Below are positions 22,415 through 35,600 of a stretch of DNA of 64,000 nucleotides, in pieces (within the stretch, counting starts at the first letter, position 1; each line of letters opens with the position of its first letter). The position numbers and the translations under genes were made by a program. Below the pieces are notes generated by a model. It worked only from the letters and a program-made list of their open reading frames with translations. It searched no databases and was not told the DNA's origin. Source of the stretch: Gekko japonicus (taxonomy: Eukaryota); contig NW_015161975.1 in assembly GCF_001447785.1 (NCBI RefSeq), forward strand, positions 227,320-291,319. Direction: 5' to 3'.

Positions 22415-23295
22415 CAGTGTTCCCTCTCAGCTGAGTTTAGTGTGAGCTCACAGCTGTTTAGCCTCTGGCTCATGCATTTCTGCTCAGGAAGGAGGGCTCC
22501 AGTGTTCCCTCTAAGCTGAGTGAGTGTGAGCCAGCTCACAGTTCTTTGCTCAGGAAGGATGGGGGATCCAGAGCAAACGGATGTATGCAGCAGCCCAATC
22601 GCCTGCTCACCACTTTCATGCCCAGGAGCTCACCAAGGATAATTTTTGCTCACAAGAAGCCTCCGCAGCTTAGAGGGAGGGTTGGTCCCCCTGCCCGTGT
22701 GTTCTAAAGGGTCTTCTTCAGCCAGGGTGTGGCGAGTCCAATAGATCCGTCAGCAGGAGCTGAACTCCTGCTGGCGGTCTGCAGCTGGCATGGCCTCAGC
22801 CTGGTGATCTTGAGGGGGGGGGTTGTCTCCCCCTGGGGCTTAGCAGCAGCAGCCGCTCTTCTGAAAGTGCCCTCCCTCTAAGCTGAGTTTAGTGTGAGCC
22901 AGCTCACAGTTCTGTAGCCTCCGGCTCGCACCGTTTTGTCTTTGCTTCGGAAGGAGGGCTCCAGAGCAAGCTGATTTCAGGCAGCAGCCCAATCACTTGC
23001 TCCCACGACTTCCATGCCAAGCGCTCACAAAGCAGAATTTCGGCTCACCAGCAATGTTCCCTCTAAGCTCCGGAGAGTCTGGTGAGCCAAGATTCTACTT
23101 TGTGAGCTCCTGGCACTAAAGCTGTGAGCGAGCGACTTGGCTGCTGCATAACTCAGTTGGCTCTGGAGCCCCGTCCCTTCCTGAGCCAAGACAGAAATGT
23201 GTGAGCTGGAGGCTAAAAGATTGTGAGCTGGCTCACACTCACGCAGCTTAGAGGGAGCCCTGCTCACCAGACTGCACGGCTTAGAGGGAGCCCTG
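22415..23295. mobile_element. Composite MITE-cargo-MITE element with a nested MITE
   Basis: Outer TIRs flanked by perfect TSD GTTGGGAC (22407-22414, 23296-23303); nested MITE 23052-23262 with TSD CTCACCAG. Confidence 0.85.
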
Positions 23296-23569
23296 GTTGG
23301 GACCAGCCCTTTGGACGGACTCGGCGATGGCTGACCATACCCACACCCACCCCTTTAACTGCGCGCCCGTGGGGAGGGAGGGCTCTGCTGAGCCTGCCGC
23401 CGGGCTGCGTCTTCCGCGTTTCGGACCCGCCCGCCCGCTGGCTTGGCAGCCGCCCCTTCGGGTCACGCCGTCCTCCTCACGTGCCCCCGAAGGGGCGGGC
23501 TGCGCCGGGCCGGCTTCCTGGTTGCGGCTCGGGGGGCCCTGCGGGGAAGGGCGGGCGGACGGACGGGCC

Positions 23570-23612
23570 ATGGCCGGGGCGGCTCCGCCGGGCCCGCTGG
23601 AGCTGCTGCTGC
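23570..23612 (+). CDS. GGA2: GGA2 exon 1
   Basis: GCCATGG; [15 protein letters not shown]|gtgagt in a CpG island. Confidence 0.85.
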
Positions 23613-26600
23613 GTGAGTGGGCTGGGGGGGGGGGGGGGGGGGGGGACACGCGCCNNNNNNNNNNNNNNNNNNNNNNNNNNNNNNNNNNNNNNNNNNNNNN
23701 NNNNNNNNNNNNNNNNNNNNNNNNNNNNNNNNNNNNNNNNNNNNNNNNNNNNNNNNNNNNNNNNNNNNNNNNNNNNNNNNNNNNNNNNNNNNNNNNNNNN
23801 NNNNNNNNNNNNNNNNNNNNNNNNNNNNNNNNNNNNNNNNNNNNNNNNNNNNNNNNNNNNNNNGCCCGGGAGTCTGGCGGGCGACGGCTCTGCTTGCGGA
23901 GCGACTGGCACGGAAGGGGTGGGTGAGCCACCCACTTGGAGTTCGCGGGCTCCGGAGCCCCATCCTTCCTTCCTTCCTTCCTAAGGCACACATGCGTGGC
24001 CCCGAGGCTGGGAAACGGTGAGCCCAGCTCAGCACTACACTCGGCTTCGAGGGAACACGGGGGCGCCCAAAGAATACCTGCCACTGCCAGGCTTCCTCCG
24101 GGTCGACTGCTGCAGAAGTTAGTTTGCAGGCTCCTGAAAGCTCCGCCTGCCCAGTGGCTTCCCTGTCATTCAGACCGGCCAAAGTCTCCCAACCAGGGCT
24201 CCTTCCCCCTAAGCTGAGTCAGTGCGAGCCAGCTCGCCGTTCTTTAGCCTCCGGCTCACACATTTCTGTCTCCGCTCCGGAAGGGACGGGGCTCCAGAGC
24301 AAACGAATTGGTGCGGTAGCCAAATGGCTCATAGCTCACCACTTGAATGCCGGCAGCTCACAAAGCAGAATTTTTGCTCACAGGACTCCACAGCTTAGAG
24401 GGAGCATTGTTCCCAACAACCTAGAAATCCCGCCATCCCTCCCAAGACAGGAGTTTTGCTCCAGCCAGGTCTCAATGGGTGTGTGTGTGTGGCTGTGGCT
24501 GTTACAATCATCTTTCCATGAAGCCTACCCTCTTCAGGGGTCATTTCCTAGAAAAAGAGGTGCAGGGGCTCATTAGCATAACTTATTTGCCTATGCCACA
24601 CCCCCTGGCATCACCGGAAGTGTGTCAGAAGGCAACACCCACTGCAACTTACCTGGCTGCTTCTTGCTCCTCCTGGCCTGGGGCTGCTGGGAGCAGGGGG
24701 CGGGGCTTCTTGCATTTGCCCGCCCCCTGGGCTCTTTTTGAGAGCCCAGGGGGCGCATTGCAAGGTGGGCACTGCATTTCCAAGAGGAGGGGAGCCAGCA
24801 GTCCCTGGAGTTGCATGTTGCACGTGCCCGCCCCCTGAGAGCCAGTTTGGTGTAGTGGTTAAGTGCGCGGACTCTAATCTGGGAGAACCGGGTTTGATTC
24901 CCCACTCCTCCGCTTGCACCTGCTGATGTGACCTTGGTTCAGTCACAAGCTCTGGCACAGCTGTCCTTGAAAAAAAGAGCAGTTTCTGTCCGAGCTCTCT
25001 CAGCCCCACCCACCTCACAGGGTGTCTGTTGTGGGGAAGGGAAGGGAAAGGAGTTTGTAAGCCACTCTGAGACTCCAAGTGAAGGGCAAGGGGAATAAAT
25101 CCAATCTCTTCTTCTTCTTCTTCTTCTTTACTGCCGGAGCTCCGCTCCTGTGCGCTCCTGCAGGAAATGACCCATGACCCTCTTACCGATGCACCTCCCT
25201 CCCCATCTCTCCAAGGCCCCTGCAGGGACTGCCAGGGTTAAGAGGCAAACTCCCGCTGCCACCCAAGGGAACCTCAAAGGTGTTTCTCCCGCCAGACCAG
25301 ATGACTCCCGTCCTGCCACTCTCCTCCTCTCTTCAGTGAGGGCCAGCGGCGGCTCTGCTGAAGGAACTGGGCTCAAGCCCACGAAAGGAGGCCTTGGACT
25401 CCCACCCCGTGGCCCCTCCTCCCTTCCATGGGAGACGGTTGACTCCCCTGTCGGGATCCTGACTCCACAAGACCTGTTCCCTTAAAGTTTGCTCCTGACG
25501 CCTTTTGAGGGGGCTGGTTTCCAGTACGGCAAAGCTCCTTGGCTTCCTCGCCCCGATATTTTCACGCCTCTCCGAGAGTCACCCAGGCCAGAGGCCACGG
25601 CTGCTGATGCAGAGCCACTGATGGTGGGCCCTCACCCTCCGTGTCCCTTTGCAGTCCTGCCTTGTTCGTTGCAAAGAACTGTCTCACCAACAGAGGCAGG
25701 CCGTGCCCGGTGCGCCAGATGGCCGTCCCTCCCAGCTTCAGGGGTGACGGGAAACGCTTCTGTCTACAGCGCTTCAGACATGGGTCCATGCCTTGCACCA
25801 AACAAAAAAACCCCAGTAATGTCTCTGTTCTTCTTCTTCTTCTTCTTCTTTTTTTTTTTTTTGGTAATTTTATTGAACACAGTAACAGTTGTACAACAAA
25901 AGAAAAACGGAACAGGCATACAATACATAACACAAAATACGGTTCGAACTGACATATTCAGAAAGCAGAAATATAATTACTTATTGTACAACGCAGTACT
26001 AAAAATGCGTCAGAAAGTTTTTTGGTTTTTAGTGTGTCGCAGCTTATGGAACCGAAATTACCATAAGAATAACAGAACGAATGTCTTAGAATGTGGCAGA
26101 GTAGTAAGGTAATAACAAATCTAAACATTTTGACAGGGGACTTTAAAAGAGTACAACCGAGCGGTTAGTAATGTTTGGTTCTGACTCCTCAGAAGTTAAT
26201 TATATTCAATAGACATTACTTATTTTTTTAATTTCGGTTTTGCCTAACCCCCTCCTGCCTCCTGCCAGAGTGGAATTCAGGATTGCACATGAACTGTCCG
26301 CATTACCTGACATTGTCCTGGCAAAGGAGCAAGCCAGGCCGACCCACTGGAGGAACATCTGTGCGCGTGAGCTCTCCCCGTCCAGGAAGCATCTGGCAGT
26401 GCTCTGCAGCCCTGGGCCGCTGCTGAGGTTCTGAGAGTTCTCCAGGGCCCCTCTGCTTCCAGAAGGAACACCCCCCTCCCCGGGACTTTTTGCGGGCAGG
26501 CTGTGCCTCCGCTGGCAGAGGATTTCCCACTCCCGCAGTCTGGATAGGCTCCCTTGGCATCCTTCTCTCTTCCGAGGCTGTTTTGGGGCAGGAGGGCGGC

Positions 26601-29600
26601 GTCAGCCAGCTCCAGGTGGGCCTGGCCTGGCTCTGTCCGCCTGCGTCGCTTGACTGACCCTCCGCGGTCTTCTCCCCTCGACAGACAAAGCCACGGACCC
26701 CAGTAAGACCGATACAGACTGGGAGTGCATCCAGAGGTTTTGCGACCAGGTCAACACAGACGCGGAAGGGTAAGAAAGCGTGGCGCCGGTTGGGAGGGGG
26801 GGCTGCCCCAGATTTTGACTGCAGGGAAGAAGAAAGGGGCCCGAGTGGTTTCCCTCGTGGTTCGGCTGCAGAACCGGCATTCCAAGCGCCTGCAATAATG
26901 CGAGTGGCAAAGAGTGCTTCTGAGCATAGCCAGAGTGCCTTGCAGTGGAGTGATGCCGGTTGCCCACCACATCCCCTGGGATTCGGGGCGGGACAGAGGG
27001 CCCCGTAGGGCAGACCCAGAGAGCGGGACTTCAGTTTCTGCTCCTCTCGTCTGCTGGTGGCCCACCTCTCTGGGCTGTTGTGAACACCACCACGATTTCA
27101 ACGCCTCCTCTTGCTCCCCAGGCCCGCCGTTGCCCTCAGGCTGTTGGAACACAAGATCCAGTCCCCCCAGGAGGCGGAGGCCCTGCAGGCCCTGACGGTC
27201 GGTGTCCCCTGCCCGCCCCACTGGCCTCTGGGATCTGGGCTTCCTTGCAAGGGAGGGGGGTGGGATCGCCGGAGTGCCGCTTCGCCCTTCGTTCACCTTT
27301 GGAACGGCTGCTGGCACATCGCGTCTCCAGGCCCCGGGTGCCTGGTTGCTCCGGACTCCACGGGGCCCCTGCGCCGTGTTTGTGGGCCACTGTGTGAAGC
27401 AGAGGGCAGGGGGGGGGGGCTCTTGATAGCCCAGTCCAGCAGTTGGATTGGGGCCTGAGCCCGGAATGCTGGGGCGCAGCTCTGGTATTCACATGGTGGG
27501 TGGGTGGGTTTTTTTGGGGTGTGTGTGTGTGTCTCTTCTTCTCCCAGGAGGTGCCTCCTGTTAGGCTGGCTCTGCGACCTCCCGTCTGGGGTGCACATTC
27601 CGCCAGGGGTCCTGGGAAGGGTGTCTGCCCCACCCCACTGTTGCAGAAGGGGCCGGACTCCCTGCAGAGGGCTGTCCTAAAGTCCCTGGGCCTTTCCCGT
27701 GGATTTTCCTCTCTGCCTGCAGGTCCTGGAGATGTGCGTCAATAACTGCGGGGAGAATTTCCACAGCGAAATGGGGAAGTTCCGGTTTCTCAACGGCCTC
27801 ATCAAAGTCCTCTCCCCCAAGTACCTCGGCGAGTGGTCGGCGGAGAGCGTCAAGTCTCGGATCATCCAGAACCTCTTCAGCTGGACGGTGTGGTTTCCCC
27901 AGGAAGTGAAAATCCGCGACGCTTATCAGATGCTGAAGAAACGAGGTGGGGTTTTTTTGCCGTTGTTCCTTTTCTGGTCATCACGGGATCACACACACAC
28001 ACCCCAAGTCACAAGCCTCGGACTCTGACGGGCTTTTTGCTGGTGTGGCTGCAGGAGGGAGGGGGCAAAAGAGGATCTTGGCGACAGCCGCTCCGCTCGG
28101 AGCTTGCGTCGGTGGGTGCCGGGGATTATGGGATGGAAAGCTTCTAGGCACACACTGTGGTTGCATGGGCTTCGTGCAAGACACAGGGCATTTTACCTTC
28201 TTTCTGTGGCTTTTCTGTTCCCGTTAACGGCAAGAAATGGCGACCGCAGAAGGGAAATTGCCCCTGCAGACCAGCTGGCCTGCTGACTCACATGCTGTCT
28301 CTCTGTTTCGGTGCGAATGCCCTTCGCCCCCTGAGGGTGTTCCGGTTGCAAGCGCCTTTTCAAAAGCCCCTTCGACAGTGCTGCAGTTTGGGGGGGGGGG
28401 CTCTTGGCAGTGCAGTGCAGCCATCCTGACTCCAGGGGGCAGCGTTCAACAACCAACGGCCCCTGAGAGCCAGTTTGGTGTGTCGTGGTTGGGCGCGCCG
28501 GCCGGACTCTGATCTGGGAGAACCTGGTTTGATTCCCCGCTCCTCCTCCACATGCAGCTGCTGGTGTCATTTTCATTTTAATATAATTTTTATCGAGTAT
28601 ATATTTCATGTTTCATAAAAGTAATTCATATCCTTCTATATTATACTCTCACGTTTTAAACAAAAAATAAATAAATTGAGGTTACATTCCATCTACACAA
28701 CCGACAAACCCAATCCCAATCCAGTTTGTATCCTCTTTTTTATTCCCTTATCCCACCCACTTATCAGCTGCTGGTGTGACCTTGGGTCAGTCACAAGTTC
28801 TCTCGGAGCTGTTCTCCCTCAATGGCGGTTCTCGAGAGAGCTCTCTCAGCCCCGCCTACCTCACAGGCAATGCTCCCTCTAAGCTGTGGCGTCTTGTGAG
28901 CAAAAAATTCTACTTTGTGAGCTACTGGTATTAAAGTTGTGAGCGAGTGATTTGGCTATTGCATAAATTAGTTTGCTTCTGGAGCCCCATCCTTCCTGAG
29001 CNNNNNNNNNNNNNNNNNNNNNNNNNNNNNNNNNNNNNNNNNNNNNNNNNNNNNNNNNNNNNNNNNNNNNNNNNNNNNNNNNNNNNNNNNNNNNNNNNNN
29101 NNNNNNNNNNNNNNNNNNNNNNNNNNNNNNNNNNNNNNNNNNNNNNNNNNNNNNNNNNNNNNNNNNNNNNNNNNNNNNNNNNNNNNNNNNNNNNNNNNNN
29201 NNNNNNNNNNNNNNNNNNNNNNNNNNNNNNNNNNNCGCCAGTTTGGGGGGGGGGGCTCTTGGCAGTGCAGTGCAGGCATCCTGACTCCAGGGGGCAGCGT
29301 TCAACAACCAACGGCCCCTGAGAGCCAGTTTGGTGTGTCGTGGTTGGGCGCGCCGGCCGGACTCTGATCTGGGAGAACCTGGTTTGATTCCCCGCTCCTC
29401 CTCCACATGCAGCTGCTGGTGTCATTTTCATTTTAATATAATTTTTATCGAGTATATATTTCATGTTTCATAAAAGTAATTCATATCCTTCTATATTATA
29501 CTCTCACGTTTTAAACAAAAAATAAATAAATTGAGGTTACATTCCATCTACACAACCGACAAACCCAATCCCAATCCAGTTTGTATCCTCTTTTTTATTC

Positions 29601-32600
29601 CCTTATCCCACCCACTTATCAGCTGTTGGTGTGACCTTGGGTCAGTCACAAGTTCTCTCGGAGCTGTTCTCCCTCAATGGCGGTCCTCGAGAGAGCTCTC
29701 TCAGCCCCGCCTACCTCACAGGCAATGCTCCCTCAAAGCTGTGGAGTCTTGTGAGCAAAAAATTCTACTTTGTGAGCCATTGGTATTAAAGTTGGGAGCG
29801 AGTGATTTGGCTACTGCATAAATTAGTTTGCTTCTGGAGCCCCATCCTTCCTGAGCAAAGACAAAAATCGGGGAGCCAGGGGCTAAAAAATTGTGAGCTA
29901 GCTCACACTAACTCAGCTTAGAGGGAACACTGCTCACAGGGCGTCTGCTGTGGGGAGGGGAAGGGAAAGGAGTTTGTAAGCAGCTCTGAGACTCCTTCGG
30001 GTAGTGAAGGGCCATGTACAAGTCCAATTTCTTCTTCTTTCCTGCCACTGAGTGTATTCTAATCTGGGAGAACCAGGTCTGATTCCCCACTCCTCCTCCA
30101 CGTGCAGCTGCTGGTGTGACCTTGGGTCAGTCACAAGTTATCTCAGAGCTGTTCTCTCTCTCAGAGACAGTCCTCGAGAGAGCTCTCTCAGCCCCACCTG
30201 CCTCACAGGGTGTCTGTTGTGGGGAGGGGAAGGGAAAGGAGACTGTAGGCCGCTCTGAGACTCCTTCGGGTAGTGAAGGGCCATGGGGTATAAATCCAAT
30301 TTCTTCTTCCTCCGCTTCCCAGGAATTGTGAGGCAGGACCCCAAACTCCTGGAAGACAGAATTGTGCCACCCCCTCCGAGACCGGCAGGCTCCATTTTTG
30401 ATGCTGAGGATGAGAAATCCCAGGTAAGCCCTGGGGACCAAGCCTGCGGGATGTGGCAGAAGCCGCCCCCCCCAAAAAAAACCTTCCGGGGCTCTGCAGG
30501 GGTTATCAACTTTGGCTATTCCACACAGATCTGCCTCGCTGGTGGCACCGTTCAGGGCTTGCTCATGTTGCGGCTCACAGAGCAGAGCTGGAAAAGCCCA
30601 ACAAAGGTTTTAAGTGGTTCTGATTAAGAACATCAGAGAGAAGCCAATGTTGGCTGAGGCCAATGGCCCCTCCAGTCCAACACTCTGTGTCACACAGGGG
30701 CCAAAAATACCAGGTGCCATCAGGAGGTCCAGCAGTGGGGCCACCCAGGACACTAGGAGCCCCCCCACCTCTTGCCCCCCCTCCAAGCACCAAGAAGACA
30801 GAGCATCACTTGCCCCAGACCGAGAGTTCCTATAAGAACATCAGAGAAGCCAGTGTTGTATCAGGCCAGTGGCACATCCAGTCCAACACTCTGAGTCACA
30901 CAGTGGCCAAAACCCAGGTGCCATCAGAAGGCCAGAACTCCAGAATCCCTCCCACTGTTGCCGCCGAAGCACCAAGAATACAGAGCATCACTGCCCCAAA
31001 CATAGTGTTCCATCTAGACCTCATGGCTAATGTCTGCTAGTGGACCTCTGCTCCACATGTTTATCCAATCCCCCCTTGAAGCTTTCTCTGCTTGTAGCCA
31101 CCATGACTTCCTGCAGCAGTGAACTTTACATGTTAATTACTCTTTGCGTGAAGAAGTGCTTCCTTTTATCTGTTCTAAGCCTGCTCATAAATTTCACTGA
31201 GTGTCCACAAGTTCTTGTATTGTGAGAAAGGGAGAAAAGTACTCCTTTCTCTACCTTCTCTATTCCATGCATAATTTGTTAACCTCTGTCATTATCACCT
31301 TTCCATTGTTGTTTCTCCAAGCTAAAAAGTCCTAACCTGTTTAACATTTCTTCATAGGGAAGATGTTCCATCCCCTTAATCATTTTAGTTCTCCTTTTTT
31401 GCACCTTTTCCAATGTTATACCTTTTTTGAGGTGCAGTGACCAGAACTGTACACAGTATTTCAAATGACGGCTGCACCATCGATCTATACAGGGGCATTA
31501 TGATACTGGCTGATTTGTTTTCAGTGCCCTTCCTGGTAATCCCCAGCATAGCATTTACTTTTTTTTATTCTCCTCCTTTTCTCTTATGTGTTATCCATTG
31601 TCTGTCATTCCAAGTGGGCACTGTGGTTGCATTTAGGTTGGACTATAACTTTGCCGCCTCCTCCTGTGGCAGTGAGTTCCACGTGTTGGTCACTCTTTGG
31701 GCGAAGAAGGACTTCCTTTTATCCGTCCTAACCCGTCTGTGGTGCTTTGGTTTGAGGGGTGGTTTTGTCCTAATGCCCGGGGAGTCTGAGCGTGTGAAGC
31801 TGCCCTCCAGCGAGGGAGGCTCTAGGGAACCTCAGGCCGGGCGGGGCCTCTCCTGCTCCTGCTGGGGTGGCACGGGGGCAGGACCTGCCCGCAAGGCAGG
31901 CAGGCAGGCAGGCAGACACTTCCTGATCCTGTCACGTCCTAGAAACGCAGAGCTGGGAGGGGTCCCAAAGGGTCATCTAGCCCCCAATCCCCCAGTGACC
32001 CCCGCTGTGTGCCCAGAAGAAGGCAAAACTTCTCCCTGGGCCAGTCTTGCTGACCCCAGAGTGGCGATCGGCATTTCCCTGGGCGCGTAAGAAAGGGGCA
32101 CGAGAACTAAGCCCTGCCCTCCCTTCTCCTGATCTGCCCAAGTTCACAGAATCTGCACACGGCTGTCAGACGGCCACCCAGCCTCTGCTTGAAAATCTCC
32201 AAAGAAGGAGAGCCCACCACCTCCTCCTCCTGAGGAAGCCTGTTCCGCTGAGGAACCCCTTTGACTGTCAGGAAGCTCTCTAATGTTTAGCTGAAAACTC
32301 TTCTGGTTGGATTTCAACTCGTTGGTTCCGGTCTGGCCTTCCGGGGCCACAGGAAGCCACTCTGCTTCCTCCTCTCGCTGATAAATGTTTTGGGGACCTT
32401 TGGCCCTTGGGGGGGCCGGAGTGGGGCCACGCCCCTGTCTTCTCCCCCATGGCCCCGGGCTCACCCCGCCTCCCTCTCTGCCGCAGATGCTGGTGAGGCT
32501 CCTCCAGAGCAAGGACCCGGAAGACCTGCGGGCTGCGAACCGGCTGATCAAGGGGCTGATCAAAGAGGTGGGCGTCTCCCTCGGAGGCCGTCTCGCCCAG

Positions 32601-35600
32601 AGACACGGGCAGAGTTTGGGGGTGCCCTCCTCACCCCTGCCCCGCTTGGTTGAGCCTGGGGGGGGTGGGGGAGGAAGGGGCCCTTGGCGGCTGATCCAAT
32701 TTGGAGGCCATCTAAGCGTGCCGGGCTCTTGCAGGAGCAGGAAAAAACAGCCAAGGTGACCCGGCGGATGAATGCCGTCAAGGAGGCCCAAAGCCACGCT
32801 GAGGCCTTGGAGGAGAGGCTGAGCCGCTGCCCTGCGCGAGGCGGGGGGATCGTGGCCCAGCCTGAGCCGCAAGAGCTGCAGGTACGCCCCCCTCCCCCGC
32901 CTTTGCTCTCCCTGGCGAGCAGAGAGCACGGCTTGTGCCTGCGGGGCCTTCATCCCGGCCGGAGAGTGGCCCCTGCACAGGAGGCCGGTGCGAAGTGGGT
33001 GGGCCCTTTCCCTCGGCGTCGGCGGTGTCTGCCGGAGGGCCCCTGGAGCCCCTTGCCGCTCTAGGACTCTGCATTTTACCTGGCTCCATGGTTTTAAGCC
33101 AGCGTCTCAGGGAGGGTCTTCTTTGGCTCTCTCCTTCCTCAGGACCTGCAGGCCAAGTGTGAGAAGCTGAAGCCCCTGATGTTCCGGGTGGCCAGTGAGA
33201 CCCTGGAGGATGAGGCGGCTTTGGGTAACCCCTGGGACCCGGGGAGGGCGGGGAGGACAGAGGCGGGCAGGTGGGCGGCGGCAGGGGGGGGATTGGGGCA
33301 GGAGGTCGCCAGGAGGAAGCAGCACGAGTCTGGGGAGGGGAGGGGGGGGTGAACTCAGACCTGGTCCCACAACCAAATCTGTGCCCAGACTGAATGTGCG
33401 GCTAAGCCTGAGTCAGTCACAGGTTCTCTCAGAGCTGTTCTCTCAAGGGCAGTTCTCGGGAGCGCTCTCTCAGCCCCTCCTACCCCACAGGGGTGTCTGT
33501 TNNNNNNNNNNNNNNNNNNNNNNNNNNNNNNNNNNNNNNNNNNNNNNNNNNNNNNNNNNNNNNNNNNNNNNNNNNNNNNNNNNNNNNNNNNNNNNNNNNN
33601 NNNNNNNNNNNNNNNNNNNNNNNNNNNNNNNNNNNNNNNNNNNNNNNNNNNNNNNNNNNNNNNNNNNNNNNNNNNNNNNNNNNNNNNNNNNNNNNNNNNN
33701 NNNNNNNNNNNNNNNNNNNNNNNNNNNNNNNNNNNNNNNNNNNNNNNNNNNNNNNNNNNNNNNNNNNNNNNNNNNNNNNNNNNNNNNNNNNNNNNNNNNN
33801 NNNNNNNNNNNNNNNNNNNNNNNNNNNNNNNNNNNNNNNNNNNNNNNNNNNNNNNNNNNNNNNNNNNNNNNNNNNNNNNNNNNNNNNNNNNNNNNNNNNN
33901 NNNNNNNNNNNNNNNNNNNNNNNNNNNNNNNNNNNNNNNNNNNNNNNNNNNNNNNNNNNNNNNNNNNNNNNNNNNAGTTTGTAAGCCGCTCTGAGACACC
34001 TTTGGGTAGTGAAAGGCGGGGTATAAATCCCAACTCTTTTCTCTCCTGAATTTGGAGAACAGCTGGATTTGCAAATGCTTCTCCTGGAGAAGTCTTTGAC
34101 TAAGCCAGGCTACATAATGGCAAAATCTTGGCTTTCCAAGGTGTCCATTTATAAACTGTGAACCGGCGTGTTGGCGGGCTGTGAATTCTGGAGCTTCTTT
34201 CCAGATGTCTGCTGGAAGTGTAAAATTTGTGCTGAAGAACTCCCAGCTTCAGTGTGAGAAACCGCCTGGCAGGTGTTGAGGCCAGCCTCCCCCACCCCCT
34301 TTTGCATGGGCAGCTCCATTTGGATTCAGGGCTGCTCTTGCGGTGGCCGATTCCTGGTTCACTTTGCACCAACCCCAGATTGAGGGAAGCGGCGCTTGCA
34401 AAGTAATACATGGATGTTGGCAGTACCTCGCATGGGGGTCACGGCCGCAGTTTGCAAGCGAGTGAGGCACGGGTGGCGTTTGTGTGTGGTGCACACTGAT
34501 GGGTCACGGAGTGTGCCAGGGGCTGCACACAGGCCAAGCAGACCCTTGAGCATGTGCCGAGTGCCCTGTGCTTTGGGCTGAGGAGCCGCAGCACTCCCCT
34601 TGCCCTGGGATGACAGAGGGCACGACAGCTCAGGCTGCCTCCGGCCCCCTCCCTCCCTCCTCCCTCCCTCCCTTCCTTCCTTCCTTCCTTCCTTCCTTCC
34701 TTCCTTCCTTCCTTCCTTCCTTCCTTCCTTCTCAGAAGAGCCAAGCTCTCGGAGGGCTCCTCTCCTTTGAATCTTACATTTTTTTTATTTTCTTCAACAG
34801 ATGCAACATAATCAATCAGTTCAAATTGACTTATAAATTCAATACACAAACAGTTAAACATTTCTTAAACTACTTCATGTCACTACACACTCAACAGGTT
34901 TTAACAACAAAATGAGGCATTTAATAAGTACTCAATAAAATACAAAGTCTAGATATTTTTTTGGAGTAGACCATTTCTTGTTCAGGGGGGATTTGTAATA
35001 TAATCAAAGAGAGGAAACCATTTTTCTAAACATTTGGAAGATTTCTGAGTGGTATTAAAGGCTAACATCTGTGTTGCCATTTTATCTGACATAGCTAAAT
35101 CCCATAGTTTCATAAACCATTGACTCAAAGTCGGGGATTTTTTAGACTTCCAATTTTGAGCTATTAGAGTCTTAGCAGCAATAAGAAAAATTAAGAGAAG
35201 GTCTATTTTGTATCTGGATAGTTTTAAGAGTTGGCCAATGATTTAGTAAAACAGATTCTGGTGTAAAAGGGATTTTAATATTTACTATTTGTTCAGAGTA
35301 TCTCACAACCATTTCCCAAAACGATGCTATTGTGCGGCAACCCCACCAGCAATGCCGGAATGTCCCAAGAAGTCCACAGCCCTCCCAACAGTACGGATTT
35401 AATGTAGGGATTATATGAGTGAAACGTGTTGGTGTTAAATACCATCTGGCATGTAATTTAAAGTTCTGTAACCTAATGTTCAGTGCAGGAGTTGTGAATA
35501 GGTGGTTGGACCAGATATTTTGTCATTGTACTCCACTCCTTTCCTTTCTGCGCCCACAGCTGAGATACTTCAGGCCAACGACCGCCTCACCCGGGCACTG

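Noticed and set aside
24837-24910. tRNA-like sequences at SINE heads
   Set aside because: They continue into SINE bodies and I could not fold a convincing cloverleaf, so they are not called as tRNA genes.
28386-29850. Near-identical duplication with an 855-bp offset on both sides of an N gap
   Set aside because: Probably an unmerged contig overlap or two haplotypes; it cannot be called biological without reads.
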